Source of the DNA: Antedon mediterranea
Taxonomy: Eukaryota; Animalia; Echinodermata
DNA length: 64,000 nt
NCBI RefSeq assembly: GCF_964355755.1
Contig: NC_092673.1
Location: forward strand, 29,323,648-29,387,647
Direction of reading: 5' to 3'
Under the pieces are notes generated by a model. It was not told the DNA's origin. It saw only the letters and a program-made list of their open reading frames with translations, and made no database searches. This document shows positions 52,072 to 63,802 of the stretch, one piece after another. How positions within the stretch are numbered: position 1 is the stretch's first letter; every line of letters begins with the position of its first letter. A program made the translations under genes and the position numbers.

Positions 52072-52154
52072 TGGAGGTTGTCAATGACACATTATCACGG
52101 AAAGGAAAGAAAAAGAAGTCATCGGATGCTGGAGTTGAGGCAATGGAGACATGA
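52072..52154 (+). CDS. C11orf98: C11orf98-like protein, last coding exon
   Basis: tttcag|TGGAG. VEVVNDTLSRKGKKKKSSDAGVEAMET, then TGA. Joined CDS is 348 nt (115 aa). Confidence 0.83.
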
Positions 52155-52574
52155 AGATCTTTCCATTTGGGTTTTAAAGGCATTATAGTATGTGTACTTT
52201 AAATTTAACCAAATGAGTGGCACATTTTCAAATTTTGAAAATATTCATTTGTGACTTTCTTGGCACTTGCTGCTCATGGGCATTGCTTAATGTGAATGAT
52301 TGTATTTAATATGACTATTGTTGTGTGCTTTATAACAAAGCATAAATAACAAGTCTTTCGCATTCTGAGAAAGATGCTGCAAGAAAGAAGAATAATACTG
52401 TATCAAATAAGGTTATCATTACCTAGGAAAATCATACATTATTTGTTTATTTGAAGAAAAAACATTTTTAAAGAAGTAAAAGTAAGAAAAAAAAATTGAT
52501 ATTAAAAATTCGCCCAAATCATTTATTGTACTGTGACATGGTTTTTACGAGGTTTTTAATTTTTGGCGACAACG

Positions 52575-52610
52575 GCGCTCTCTATTTTATGTATAGACTA
52601 TAGAGGGCGC
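52575..52610. promoter_or_regulatory. TTC16 promoter motifs: TATAGAGGGCGC plus an inverted variant
   Basis: GCGCTCTCTAT (52575-52585) and TATAGAGGGCGC (52599-52610) lie in divergent orientation, about 130 nt before the first donor. Confidence 0.4.
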
Positions 52611-53433
52611 ATCTCCAATAACAACTGAATCAACAACTTACAACTGCGAAGCGAATTAAGCTTTTAAATATACGCTTTTTTCTTAGTTTTGATTATTATT
52701 TACAGCAAGACAGTGTTGAATTCTGTGTGCAGAATATGTAGTGTGAGTAGATTTCATATTTTAAATCCTAGGCTAGATAGGAAGCCAAGGCTAGGCCTAG
52801 CTAGGCTAGCTTATTGGGCTACGTCAATAGACTACTACTAGCCTGGGGTAGGCTAGCTAGCTAGGCCTAGCTAGGCTGAGTAGTAGGTAACAGTAGGTAA
52901 GCCTTACATTATTCTCTGCTGGTGAGGACTGGCTAGGCCTATGTTAGGATACGTACATACTATAATAGGCCTAACCTAGAGGACATCCTGGACTACAACT
53001 AGGCCTAACTAGGTCTAGGACCTAGCCTAGCTAGGGTGGAGGGTAGGCCTAGCTTAGGCTAGTAGTAGTAGTAGTAGTAGAAGGCTAGGCATCCTAGCTA
53101 GCTAGGCTAGAGTAGGGCTAGCCTAGGCCTATGTTATAGTAGGCCTATATGTAGGGCCTAACTAGGTACGGTAGGAAGCCTACCTAGCTAGGCCCCTATT
53201 TATACTACTACTAGGCATAGGCTACATCATGATCATGTGATTTATTATATAGGCCTAATTATAAAGCCTTGTTGTAGTTCTTATTAATAATTAACACTGT
53301 CATTAGGTAGGTCTAAGTGTTAGACTGTCTGGGGGTAGGTAGGTAACGCAATCAAGACGCAAGTTATAAATAAATTTTACAAAATATTTGTTGTATGTCA
53401 TTGTTATTATATGTTGGTACTGTAGTAAATAAT

Positions 53434-55430
53434 GTCATGAGGTAATTTCCCGATTGATCGTAATCAATTCGGTACTGGGTTTGGTCTACTAGCGTTCCTG
53501 CTCCCAACCAGTACATCCATTCATAGAAGCCTTAATGAAGTAAGCCTACCTGGTGGTGGCCATAGAACGGTCCCGAGATAACGACTATACTTCGGCTTTA
53601 GTCGATAGAAGATTGAATAAATTGTTAGAGATAGAGTATACGATGTTATGATTATGTGTATTTATGTGATTTGTTCTTTTTATTCAAATGATGTTATGTA
53701 TTTAATAAATTTGTTAGGCCTAGCCTAATATCTTTTTTATTAATATAATAATAATAATATATTAAAAATTTATTAAATAATATTCATCGCATAATATGCA
53801 ATCTACTATAATTTAATTAATTGATATAGGCTAGGCCTAACAAATTTATTAAATACATAACATCATTTGAATAAAAAGAACAAATCACATATCTACACAT
53901 AATCATAACATCGTATACTCTATCTCTAACAATTTATTCAATCTTCTATCGACTAAAGCCGAAGTATAGTCGTTATCTCGGGACCGTTCTATGGCCACCA
54001 CCAGGTAGGCTTACTTCATTAAGGCTTCTATGAATGGATGTACTGGTTGGGAGCAGGAACGCTAGTAGACCAAACCCAGTACCGAATTGATTACGATCAA
54101 TCGGGAAATTACCTCATGACGTAAATAATATTCATCGCATAATATGCAATCTACGATAATTTAATTAATTGATATAACAAATTTATTAAATACATAACAT
54201 CATTGGAATAAAAAGAACAAATCACATATCTACACATAATCATAACATCGTATACTCTATCTCTAACAATTTATTCAATCTTCTATCGACTAAAGCCGAA
54301 GTATAGTCGTTATCTCGGGACCGTTCTATGGCCACCACCAGGTAGGCTTACTTCATTAAGGCTTCTATGAATGGATGTACTGGTTGGGAGCAGGAACGCT
54401 AGTAGACCAAACCCAGTACCGTTTTGATTACGATCAATCGGGAAATTACCTCATGACGTTATATAGGCCTAGGTGCCGACATAGGACTCTAGCAGGAATG
54501 TACTTTCTAGTCATTTCTCACATTCAAAATCTACACTTTTGCACTAACAAACTTTTCCTATTTCTACATCCTAAACTGCTTTTTTATTTTTCTACCATCA
54601 TACCTTCTATAATTTCATCCTTTATCTATTATACGATATAAACAGCATTACACGCGTACATCGTAACGCGAGCATTTCATTCTATACGCATACGCACTTT
54701 TATCGAACATAATTTAAACCAAACCAAATCATACATACAACGATAAGACATCAACCGATTCAGTTCAAAACCAGTTTAAGGTAAACATTTTAAATTTAAA
54801 TTAATTTATGTTTCTATCCACTCTACCATTTTCATATAAAGATATTGTGGAACCACGTCAGGTCAAGTTCAATATTGAATATCGAAACGTGGCAGGCTGA
54901 AGGCGCTTGACCTTTGACAAGATCGCCTAAATTTTTAATATATTAACTTTACAATACTTAGTGTTGTATATTCTGGTACAGCCGCTCCATAATCTCTTTG
55001 CTTTTCTTCCTTATATCTATTTTTTTAATTTATACTAACAAATACCTTTTTTTTTTTTTTATATATAATAATAATAATATATCAAAAATTTATTAAATAA
55101 TATTCATCGCATAATATGCAATCTACGATAATTTAATTAATTGATATAACAAATTTATTAAATACATAACATCATTGGAATAAAAAGAACAAATCACATA
55201 TCTACACATAATCATAACATCGTATACTCTATCTCTAACAATTTATTCAATCTTCTATCGACTAAAGCCGAAGTATAGTCGTTATCTCGGGACCGTTCTA
55301 TGGCCACCACCAGGTAGGCTTACTTCATTAAGGCTTCTATGAATGGATGTACTGGTTGGGAGCAGGAACGCTAGTAGACCAAACCCAGTACCGTTTTGAT
55401 TACGATCAATCGGGAAATTACCTCATGACG
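53434..55430. repeat. Cluster of four copies of the 160-bp element with co-duplicated flank: palindrome, tandem copy and dispersed copy
   Basis: Arms 53434-53727 and 53827-54120 are reverse complements. Tandem unit of about 337 bp runs to 54458. A further copy spans about 55060-55430. Confidence 0.92.
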
Positions 55431-55526
55431 CCATATTGTTGATAGGGCAGGCCAAATTATAATATGAATATTGATTGATAAATTAGTTCTCTACACTCTT
55501 CTCTTCAGGCTGATAAAGCAACCACC

Positions 55527-55785
55527 ATGGAAGTTGAGAAATCAATAAATAATGAAACGGTAATAAATACGACTGATGAATTGAATGCTACAACAGAGGG
55601 TGAAAATCCAAAAGAGTTACCAGCAGAACGAAGGACACAAGAAAACATCAAAGTGGAAAGTATTGATAGAGAAGATTTACAGAGAAAAGCTGGTGAAAAA
55701 CAAAATACATCAAGAATTATGGTAATCAAGGAGGAACAAAGTGAAGATGAAAGAAGGGGAAATAATGTTTCCGAGAAGCACAACA
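55527..55785 (+). CDS. TTC16: TTC16 coding exon 1 (acidic low-complexity N-terminus)
   Basis: Acceptor at 55507-55508, strong Kozak ACCACCATGG, donor AACA|gtgagc phase 1. A non-coding first exon ends at about 52742 (|gtgagt). Confidence 0.8.
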
Positions 55786-56044
55786 GTGAGCACACTTTTT
55801 AACATTCTATAACCAGTTGAAAGAAGATAAGATATCCTAAAAATATAAAGAACTACAAAAAAAAGATATAAAAATTGTAATAACATTTTACATTATATAA
55901 ATATAATGCAAGATTTCGATATATACACAAAGGTTCAAAATTCAACGTATGTACAATTTTAAAAATACAAACAAATAACGTAACATACAATAAATATAAA
56001 TCTTATAAATCAATTATTGATAAATTGATTTATTATTATTTCAG

Positions 56045-56361
56045 CAAAAGAGGATAGAGAGGTTCAAAAGAATGCGGGAACAGAGAAATCACAATCTAAA
56101 AATGTTGACACACCATCAGAAGGTGATAATCGTAGCATAGCGCCACTAAGTCGTGCTACTACGATTGATAATGAACTCTTTGAGAATGACTGCGATTTCC
56201 CAACACCAGATTACGATCAATTTTTGAAGGATGAATCTTTCATTGGCAGTGAGCCAGACAGAATGGTAGTCGGCAGACAACTTCTGAGCAGAGAAAGTAC
56301 CAAAAGCGTTACGTTTGCAGCTGATGTCAAGGGAAATAAGAAAGAGGATGTTTATCATAAG
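56045..56361 (+). CDS. TTC16: TTC16 coding exon 2
   Basis: ttcag|CAAAA to TAAG|gtgggt, open for 317 nt, phase 1/0. Confidence 0.82.
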
Positions 56362-56833
56362 GTGGGTTTTGTTGGTGAATAAATAACTGGTAAAGTAAGG
56401 TTTGGAAAACACTATATAATTCCAAAACGAAACTAGAACGACACTCCAAGAGTTTATACCTCCTCCGTAATATTCTCCTGCATACAAATTTTTATTAGTG
56501 CTATGAACTAACAATAGCTTCAGTTGACTAATATTAACAATAGAATAGCAACGCCTAAAACAAACTGGTGAATTTGAAAAGAAATAGTTTTTTTTAAACT
56601 ACTTGTATCAAAAAACCTGTACATTAAATCTAAATATGTTTTAAAATTACAAATCACAAATTATAACTCTTGTCTCTTATACAAAAATGAAGTTGTTTGG
56701 ACAAGTAGTTCTCGAGAAAATGCAATTTCAGTTTACTTGTTACTTTATTAAGACTGCTTTTAACACTAGCAGGTCTGAAAATAATACTAAAAAGTGGTCC
56801 AAAATTGGGACCGTGGTCCTGATTGCCTCCAAA

Positions 56834-56934
56834 ATGATGATGTCATGATATCACTACCATATTTGGGAATATTACTACCATATTTGAGCAGATCACATTT
56901 TTTGTCAAACTAGTTTGATAGTGTAGACAGAGCT
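56834..56934. mobile_element. MITE family A, copy 6 (truncated)
   Basis: Right TIR followed by TTA, plus internal repeats. Confidence 0.75.
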
Positions 56935-56979
56935 TTATAATATTTTATAATTCAGTTATTAAACCCTTGTTAATTTTAG

Positions 56980-57170
56980 GCAATGGAAAAGACAGCTGCT
57001 GAGTTGTTTAAAACAGCTGTAAGTAATGAGAAAATAATGGAAGCAAAAATGAAACAAGATGAACAGATTGGACAAGTGGACACAGAAACATTAGCGACAG
57101 ATTTTTTTGGCGGTGCTAAGTACAAAAGAGTAGGAATTGATGATGTCGTACGTCGCAAAGCGGAGGAGCA
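56980..57170 (+). CDS. TTC16: TTC16 coding exon 3
   Basis: tttag|GCAATG to AGCA|gtaagt, phase 0/2. Confidence 0.88.
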
Positions 57171-57551
57171 GTAAGTAATCAAATGTTTACATATTTGTTG
57201 ATTTAAGAAAGGAGCACTGCAACCATAATATCGGTACATGGTCAAGGCAAGTCTTCTCTGATAAAGGCCAGTGTACACATCTTGTTCATACGTGTTCAAA
57301 AAACATTTCTGAAAGAAAATAGGATTTTTATCCTGGTGTTCACCTCAGCTCCTGTCCTTTATCACTGTCTTGGGCACAATTCTTACAGAAAAAACAAGGC
57401 CCTATGTCCCAATTGGATAAAAATGAACTCTAAGTCTAAGTTACAACAAAATTCTATTTTCAAATCACTTATTTTCAAATGTAATACAAATGTATTGTTA
57501 TAAAAGTATTGGTACCTACATGTGGGTAATATTTTTATTATTATGTTTCAG

Positions 57552-57887
57552 TTTTGAGCGAGGGCGCCAACTGTCAGCGATGCGTGAACACAGTAAAGCT
57601 ATTCTATGCTTTAACAAGGCGTTAAACTTGCAACCAAAGAATGTTGTGTTCTACGTGCATCGCGCTGAAGCTTACCTACAACTCTGTGATTTCCAATCGG
57701 CCATTTTAAATCAGAAGAGAGTGTGCGTATTAGATCCAGACAATGATAAATATTACAGCAAGTTGGCTTTTATGTATTACTTTCAAGGCCAGGTTCTGTT
57801 TGATCAGTGCTTGTATACGGAATCATTAGAAGCATTCTCAAAAGCCTCTGAGATGAGACCAGAAGTTGTGGCATATCACACAAGAAG
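57552..57887 (+). CDS. TTC16: TTC16 coding exon 4 (TPR repeats)
   Basis: Contains RAEAYLQLCDFQSA and YFQGQVLFDQC, matching TTC16 (RAEAYLQLCDFSSA, YLQGQCLFEQC). Phase 2/2. Confidence 0.93.
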
Positions 57888-57926
57888 GTAGGTCTTTCCT
57901 CTCCCTTAAATACCAAGATTGTCATG

Positions 57927-58106
57927 TATCTGTCTACGTTATCAAACTAATTTGAAAAAAAAAATGTGATGTGCCCAAATATGGAAGTGATATGCTTAAA
58001 TATGGTAGTGATATGCTTAAATAAGGTGGTGATATGACATCATCATGTCCATATATAGGCACATCATATTTTTGGTCGCATAAAGTTTGATAGTATAGAC
58101 AGTGCT
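57927..58106. mobile_element. MITE family A, copy 7
   Basis: Degenerate TIRs and internal 20-nt repeats. Confidence 0.8.
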
Positions 58107-58511
58107 TTAGATTGGTAGTAACCTGACCATCCAACAAACTCTTAATGTCATCGGAATCTTTGTTTCTGCTGTTTATGAAATGGAAATAAATTGTTTTCAT
58201 ATTACTACTACTTCTATGGAAAAAAGGGACTATAATAACAATTTGTGGGTGGGTAGGAGAACAAAATATAGAAGGTCTACCTTAGCATTAATAACCTGGC
58301 ATGAAAATTTTGGTTAGAATTCTCCTAACTAGGGTGCATTATCTTGATGTGCATTGTTTGAATGTTACTGTGTATAGTATACAATTATGTCAGTATGGAA
58401 ACACATCTTAACTTAGCTCCCTGACGCAAAGATAGTTGACAGTATTTTTACACCTATCGTCGGTGTTTCTCTACAATGTATATAAACATAGATTTCAAAT
58501 ATAAAATGTTA

Positions 58512-58647
58512 AGCTCTGTCTACACTATAAAATTATTTTGACAAAAAAGTGATATACCCAAATATGTCCCTGATATGCCTATACTTGGTAGTGATTTGAC
58601 ACATCACATTTTTTTGTAACATAAAGTTTGATAGTGTAGACAGACCT
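58512..58647. mobile_element. MITE family A, copy 8
   Basis: TTA|AGCTCTGTCTACACTAT...ATAGTGTAGACAGACCT|TTA. Confidence 0.85.
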
Positions 58648-58681
58648 TTAACAATATATTTTATTTGATTGTTTGGTATAG

Positions 58682-58811
58682 TGTTGCTTGTTTGTCAGCG
58701 CTTCAGAGGCATGGTGAATGTTTAGCTCTCGTTAACAAAAGACTGGAAGTTGAACATGATAACCCAGACCTGTACATAATGCGAGCAAGGCTGCATCACC
58801 TCTTTAGAAAT
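58682..58811 (+). CDS. TTC16: TTC16 coding exon 5
   Basis: tatag|TGTT to AAAT|gtaagt. VACLSALQRHGECLALV...DLYIMRARLHHLFRN. Confidence 0.93.
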
Positions 58812-59198
58812 GTAAGTTTTCTCTACTGTAAAGGTACACTTAAAAAATCTACCAAATTAATACAGTACTACCTTTTAGGAAGCATAACCATTTTCTAGGT
58901 TTGTTACTCGATTATTTGATGGTATTTCACTCAAGTCTAGTATGAGCAAGTGAAGTTGTGGCTTAGTGGTTGTGAAGTCCTGTCATGTCAGGATTTTCTC
59001 TAATGACAATTTACAACTCCACTCCTAAATACTTATAATAAGACTTTGGGTATGTAGAGCATCTTGTGTATATGTAGTTAACTTGATAGCCACCATTAAT
59101 TAATTCGCTTATGGTTATATTGTAGCACATATTAACATGAACGTTACAGTGCAATTGCGTGAATAACACAAACTATGTACGTGTTCTTTTTTCTACAG

Positions 59199-59413
59199 AC
59201 AACTCTTTGTTACTACGATTTAAAAGACGCCCTCAGTCTTGACCCGAATCAGGAAGAAGCAAAGACATTAATGAAGCAACTTGAAGAAAAAGCGGACGAG
59301 TATCGTAGCAACTGCATTCAACAACAACTTCAGGGAAGGTTTAAGGATGCGTTACAGAAGATTACTAACGCTATTGACTACAATCCTACCGTACCCGAAT
59401 ATCATATACTAAG
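59199..59413 (+). CDS. TTC16: TTC16 coding exon 6
   Basis: tacag|ACAAC to TAAG|gtaggt, phase 0/2, TPR-like. Confidence 0.92.
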
Positions 59414-59761
59414 GTAGGTCATTAAAGAAACAGTAGAGGTGATTATATACAAGTATATAGTAACTTAAATCATACTAAATATTTCGTGGATGTGTTCTTT
59501 CCGGAGTTGGTAAAATTCTTAGTTAAAAATGTCTTTTTCAATCAATAAGAAAATTAATTAGAATATATCATTTAACCTAATAATCAATATTATATAACAC
59601 CCAATTAAATTCATGTAATTTGATTGGACAATTGTGTAGTATGTGTAGTATAGTATGCATTATTTAATGATCGTTAATCAATGTACCTTCACACTCTACT
59701 AAACAGAATAAATTAGTAAAATAATAAATATTGCAATATTTATTAATTTGTGAATTCACAG

Positions 59762-60009
59762 GGGTGCACTCCATCGCAAGCTTCACGACTTTAACGCCTC
59801 GATCGATGATTACTTGTTAGCCATGGATAAATCGGGTCACGATGAACAAGATGCGATTTATATGGATGCACAGCGCCAACTTCTGTTGACCTATAACGAC
59901 TTCTCAGTTGAATGTTTTGTGCGGGGTCATTACAACGAAGCCGTGGTGCTGCTGAACAAAGCGATTAAGGGTGAAAAAAGAGAGAAAGGTCTTTATATTA
60001 ACAGAGGAG
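59762..60009 (+). CDS. TTC16: TTC16 coding exon 7
   Basis: cacag|GGGT to GGAG|gtaagg. AQRQLLLTYNDFSVECF...LLNKAIKGEKREKGLYINRG. Confidence 0.93.
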
Positions 60010-60206
60010 GTAAGGAGACATTTTATTTTATTACGATTAAATCTGTAACCTCTTGACTGAAATAAATTATTATATTAAATGGTTTTACTACAGTAGAACT
60101 CCTGCTTTTGACACTTCTATTAAGGCGACACTTTTTTGGGTCCTGATGCTACCTCCTTAAAAAACACTTAAATCCATGGTGCTTTTTCTGTTGGTCCGTT
60201 TTATAG

Positions 60207-60451
60207 ATTGTTTCTTCCGACTGGGCGAGTTAAACTTCTCGCTCGCTGATTATCATCAAGCCCTCGAGTTAGACAACCTAGATTGCAACATACACTCGAG
60301 GATAGCTCGAGTGCATTTTGAGTTTGGACTACTTGACTACGAAGAGCACAATTTGCAGGAGTCTGAGGCCAGGTTTACTCTAGCAATGCAGCACAGCCCT
60401 AAGGTTGGCAGTTACTATGTGTACAGAGCTAAAGTTCGCTTTACAATGGAG
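60207..60451 (+). CDS. TTC16: TTC16 coding exon 8
   Basis: tatag|ATTG to GGAG|gtatgc. DCFFRLGELNFSLADYHQALEL. Confidence 0.93.
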
Positions 60452-60946
60452 GTATGCAAATAGATTTACGTTTTTAACATAATAGTATAGAAATTCTATG
60501 TAGAATTCTCTCCTTTGGGACACTAATAATAATTAATTAAGGTTTTACGTTTTTATATTGTGTTTTACTTTTAAATTGTATTGTATGTTTCTAAGCTCAG
60601 GAAAACAAATTTCATTTATGTAATATTATGTGAATTTATAATATAATGTGAAAATATAAATTGAATCTTGATTCTCCTATTTAAATTAAATTAAAACAAC
60701 TTCCAGTGGTATTTTGTTTTGGCTATGGCAGACTCACAAAGGCAATATTAATCATATCAAGGAGCACTTTTTTTAGGCCTTGAAGGTGTCCCCTTAATAA
60801 GACTAAGAGTTAAGATAATTCATTCATATTTTAAGACTATGATATGTGTATCTCAGATTTGTTTCCAAAGTATATTCTATAAAAAAAAAACCTCAATATA
60901 GAATATTTTGTTTTATTTAAAAATAAATATTATTTTTCATTTTTAG

Positions 60947-61149
60947 AACCAGGCAGGATCTCGCCAGGACTTGTTAGTAGCATTACACCTTGACCCAGGC
61001 CACCAGGATATTTTAGCTCTTCTTCCCAGATTGTTTCCAGGAAAGAATGTTTCCGACATAATAAAAAGTAAAGCAGCTCGCAATGCAAAACAAACGTTAG
61101 ACAACGCTATGATCACAGCCGCACCAGTCAGGCTGCCAGCCATTCACTC
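60947..61149 (+). CDS. TTC16: TTC16 coding exon 9
   Basis: tttag|AACC to ACTC|gtaagt, phase 0/2. ALHLDP...RLFPG. Confidence 0.9.
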
Positions 61150-61520
61150 GTAAGTTGTATTGGTTTATTTCTATTGATTTTATCAACTTCAGAAATATCT
61201 TCCCAATCAACATAACACAAATCAAAGAAAAACATAAAATGAAAAATAGGTCACACTAAAGTAGTATTTTCTCGCCTTGAGAACCTAAACATGTGCGGCA
61301 CAGTGCACTCTTCAATTTCATTATGAATATTTATAACAATTAATCTAAATTCGTAAATGTATTTGCGAACATACTCATAAAACGAGTGTTCTCCTCGTTG
61401 CAAACATATGGCTACAATATTGTTTATCCATCCTGTTTCTTGCATATGAAATTTTATAAGCCTCAGCTCAGCTGCATTCATGAATCTAAATTCTAAATTA
61501 TTATGTGGTTATTTTGACAG

Positions 61521-61644
61521 TGCTACTGTGGCAAGTGAGGAGTGTAGTGGTAATAGCCTTGTAAATTCATCCACACCACAAACGGTAAAACTCTGCATGG
61601 AGGAAATTGAATTTAACAGAATAGCCGCCCACAATAAAAAGAGG
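61521..61644 (+). CDS. TTC16: TTC16 coding exon 10
   Basis: gacag|TGCT to GAGG|gtgaga, phase 2/0. Confidence 0.8.
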
Positions 61645-62519
61645 GTGAGAACGCAATCCATTAATAATATCTATGTTGTTCATTAAAAACAATATATTAA
61701 ATTTGTTGTGTGTTGTGTTTCTTTGTTTTGTCTAGGAAAACCTTTTTCTGACATGTGTTTATCTGTTTATCTTCTTAGTTTTGACAATTTACTTACTCTA
61801 GCTGGTTTAGCACTTTTATCATTTTCATATTATAATCGTGATTTAAATTATTTATAATATGCAGATTTTTTAGTCTGACTTTCATCTTTATTCATTGTAC
61901 ACTTATTTTTTCTTTGTCATTTGTAATAAATCCTCATTATTTATTGCGTTTTGTCCGAGCAGGCCTGTAGAATCAACTTTTTACCTGGAGTGCCCTTTTC
62001 AAACTAGAGACAGTGGCTGTATTCACCAATCACACTTAAGTGAGATATTTCCCTTAAACATTAAGTATTTCAGTTAACTCAATAAATATTTAAGTATTTC
62101 CCTTAAATTGTATTCACTTAGATAGAGTTAGTGTTTCCCTTAGCCTAAGTGTGAATGTGGCCACAAGAGAGGAAGTGATTGTAACTTACTAGCATAGTTC
62201 ATGTTGATTTTTACCTTTATTGTGGAAAGAGCGAAATCCCTGTAAAAATCCTGACTTTGGGCTTGTTTAATTCACTATTAAAATTGGTGAAATTGTATTT
62301 TTTGTATGTGCATGACCCCAGAGAAGAACAACAACTCTGTGGTTAGATAAAGTTGAATTTAGATTTTATAGCTAGAAAATTGATTTCAATCAATCATAAA
62401 TCTTAAGATAACAACATTTAGAGGCTGCATATTCAAGATTCAATAAAATGACACCTTATTTATTACACATGAAATACACAGCGCAATACAATGAAAGCTG
62501 TTGAAGCAACATTGGCTTA

Positions 62520-62686
62520 CGCTCTGTCTACACTATCAAAACAGTGTGATGTGCCCAAATATGGTAGTGATATACCCAAATATGGTAGTGATATAGCCAA
62601 ATATGTTAGTGATATGACATCATCATGTCCATATATGGACACATCACATTTTTTGTCACATAAAGTTTGATAGTGTAGACAGAGCT
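62520..62686. mobile_element. MITE family A, copy 9
   Basis: TTA|CGCTCTGTCTACACTATCAAA...TTTGATAGTGTAGACAGAGCT|TTA. Confidence 0.87.
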
Positions 62687-63239
62687 TTATAATAACAGAA
62701 TTATGCAAACAGACATCAAACATCTATCTATTTATTATTCAGTGACCTTTTATAATACTTGAATTCTTTTTTTTTGATATTGCATATATTTCAATTTTTA
62801 AAACAATGAACCATATGTATTGCAGATACAGTATCTTATTTTTGAATAAAATGTTAGTAAAAATTATAAGTAGATAATAGAATTTATGGTTTACTTAAAA
62901 TCTTTTTTAGCTTTTTTTTTATGTTCATATTTTTATTATGCATATATGTTGTATGTACAGCGGTTAGAGGTTAGTAGGTGCCTTACAAATCCAAAATAAT
63001 ATTATTGTTTATGAGGTTATTTTAATTTATGTATAATAATGTAACTAAAGTTGTATAGAACATAGACGGATTAAATTGGAATGGTCGGACCAGCTACCAT
63101 GACCAAAACCGAAATATAGAAAATTACAATTCACAAATTAAGACAGTTTACCATTTTAGGCCAAATTGCAAAATTCTGTAGAATACTGCAGGTATGTGCA
63201 TGCTTAACATGCACTTTTATAATTGCATGTTAAGTGTTA

Positions 63240-63746
63240 AATTATCCATCTATATTCAGATGTTATTTCTCCATATTTAGAAATTATCCCTCCATATTTA
63301 GAAATTATCCTTCCATATTTAGAAATGATCCCTCTATTTTTTGAAATTATTTCTCCATATTTAGACGTTATCCCTCCATATTTAGAAATTATCCATTCAA
63401 TATTTAGAAATTATTCAATCAAATTTAGACATTATTTCTCCATATTTAGAAATTATCCCTCCATATTTAGAAATTATCCCTCCATATTTAGAAATTATCC
63501 CTCCATATTTAGAAATTAGTCATTCATATTTAGTAATTATTTCTCCATATTTAGAAATTATCCCTCCATATTTAGAAATTATCCCTCCATATTTAGAAAT
63601 TATTTCTCCATATTTAGAAATTATCCCTCCATATTTAGAAATTATCCCTCCATATTTAGAAATTATCCCTCCATATTTAGAAATTATTCATTCATATTTA
63701 GTAATTATTTCTCCATATTTAGAAATTCTCCCTCCATATTTAGAAA
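63240..63746. repeat. 22-bp minisatellite (tccatatttagaaattatccc)
   Basis: More than 20 copies in the last TTC16 intron. Confidence 0.93.
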
Positions 63747-63802
63747 CTAATACAGATTACTCAGACAAATAAATACATTAATTTATCTTAATCCATTTGC
63801 AG

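Noticed and set aside
52243-52305. Possible pseudouridylation pocket (CTTGGCA...TGCTT) complementary to 18S AAGCAUUUGCCAAG
   Set aside because: There is no H or ACA box at the required 14-16 nt, the upper stem is poor, and it lies in the 3' UTR; likely chance.
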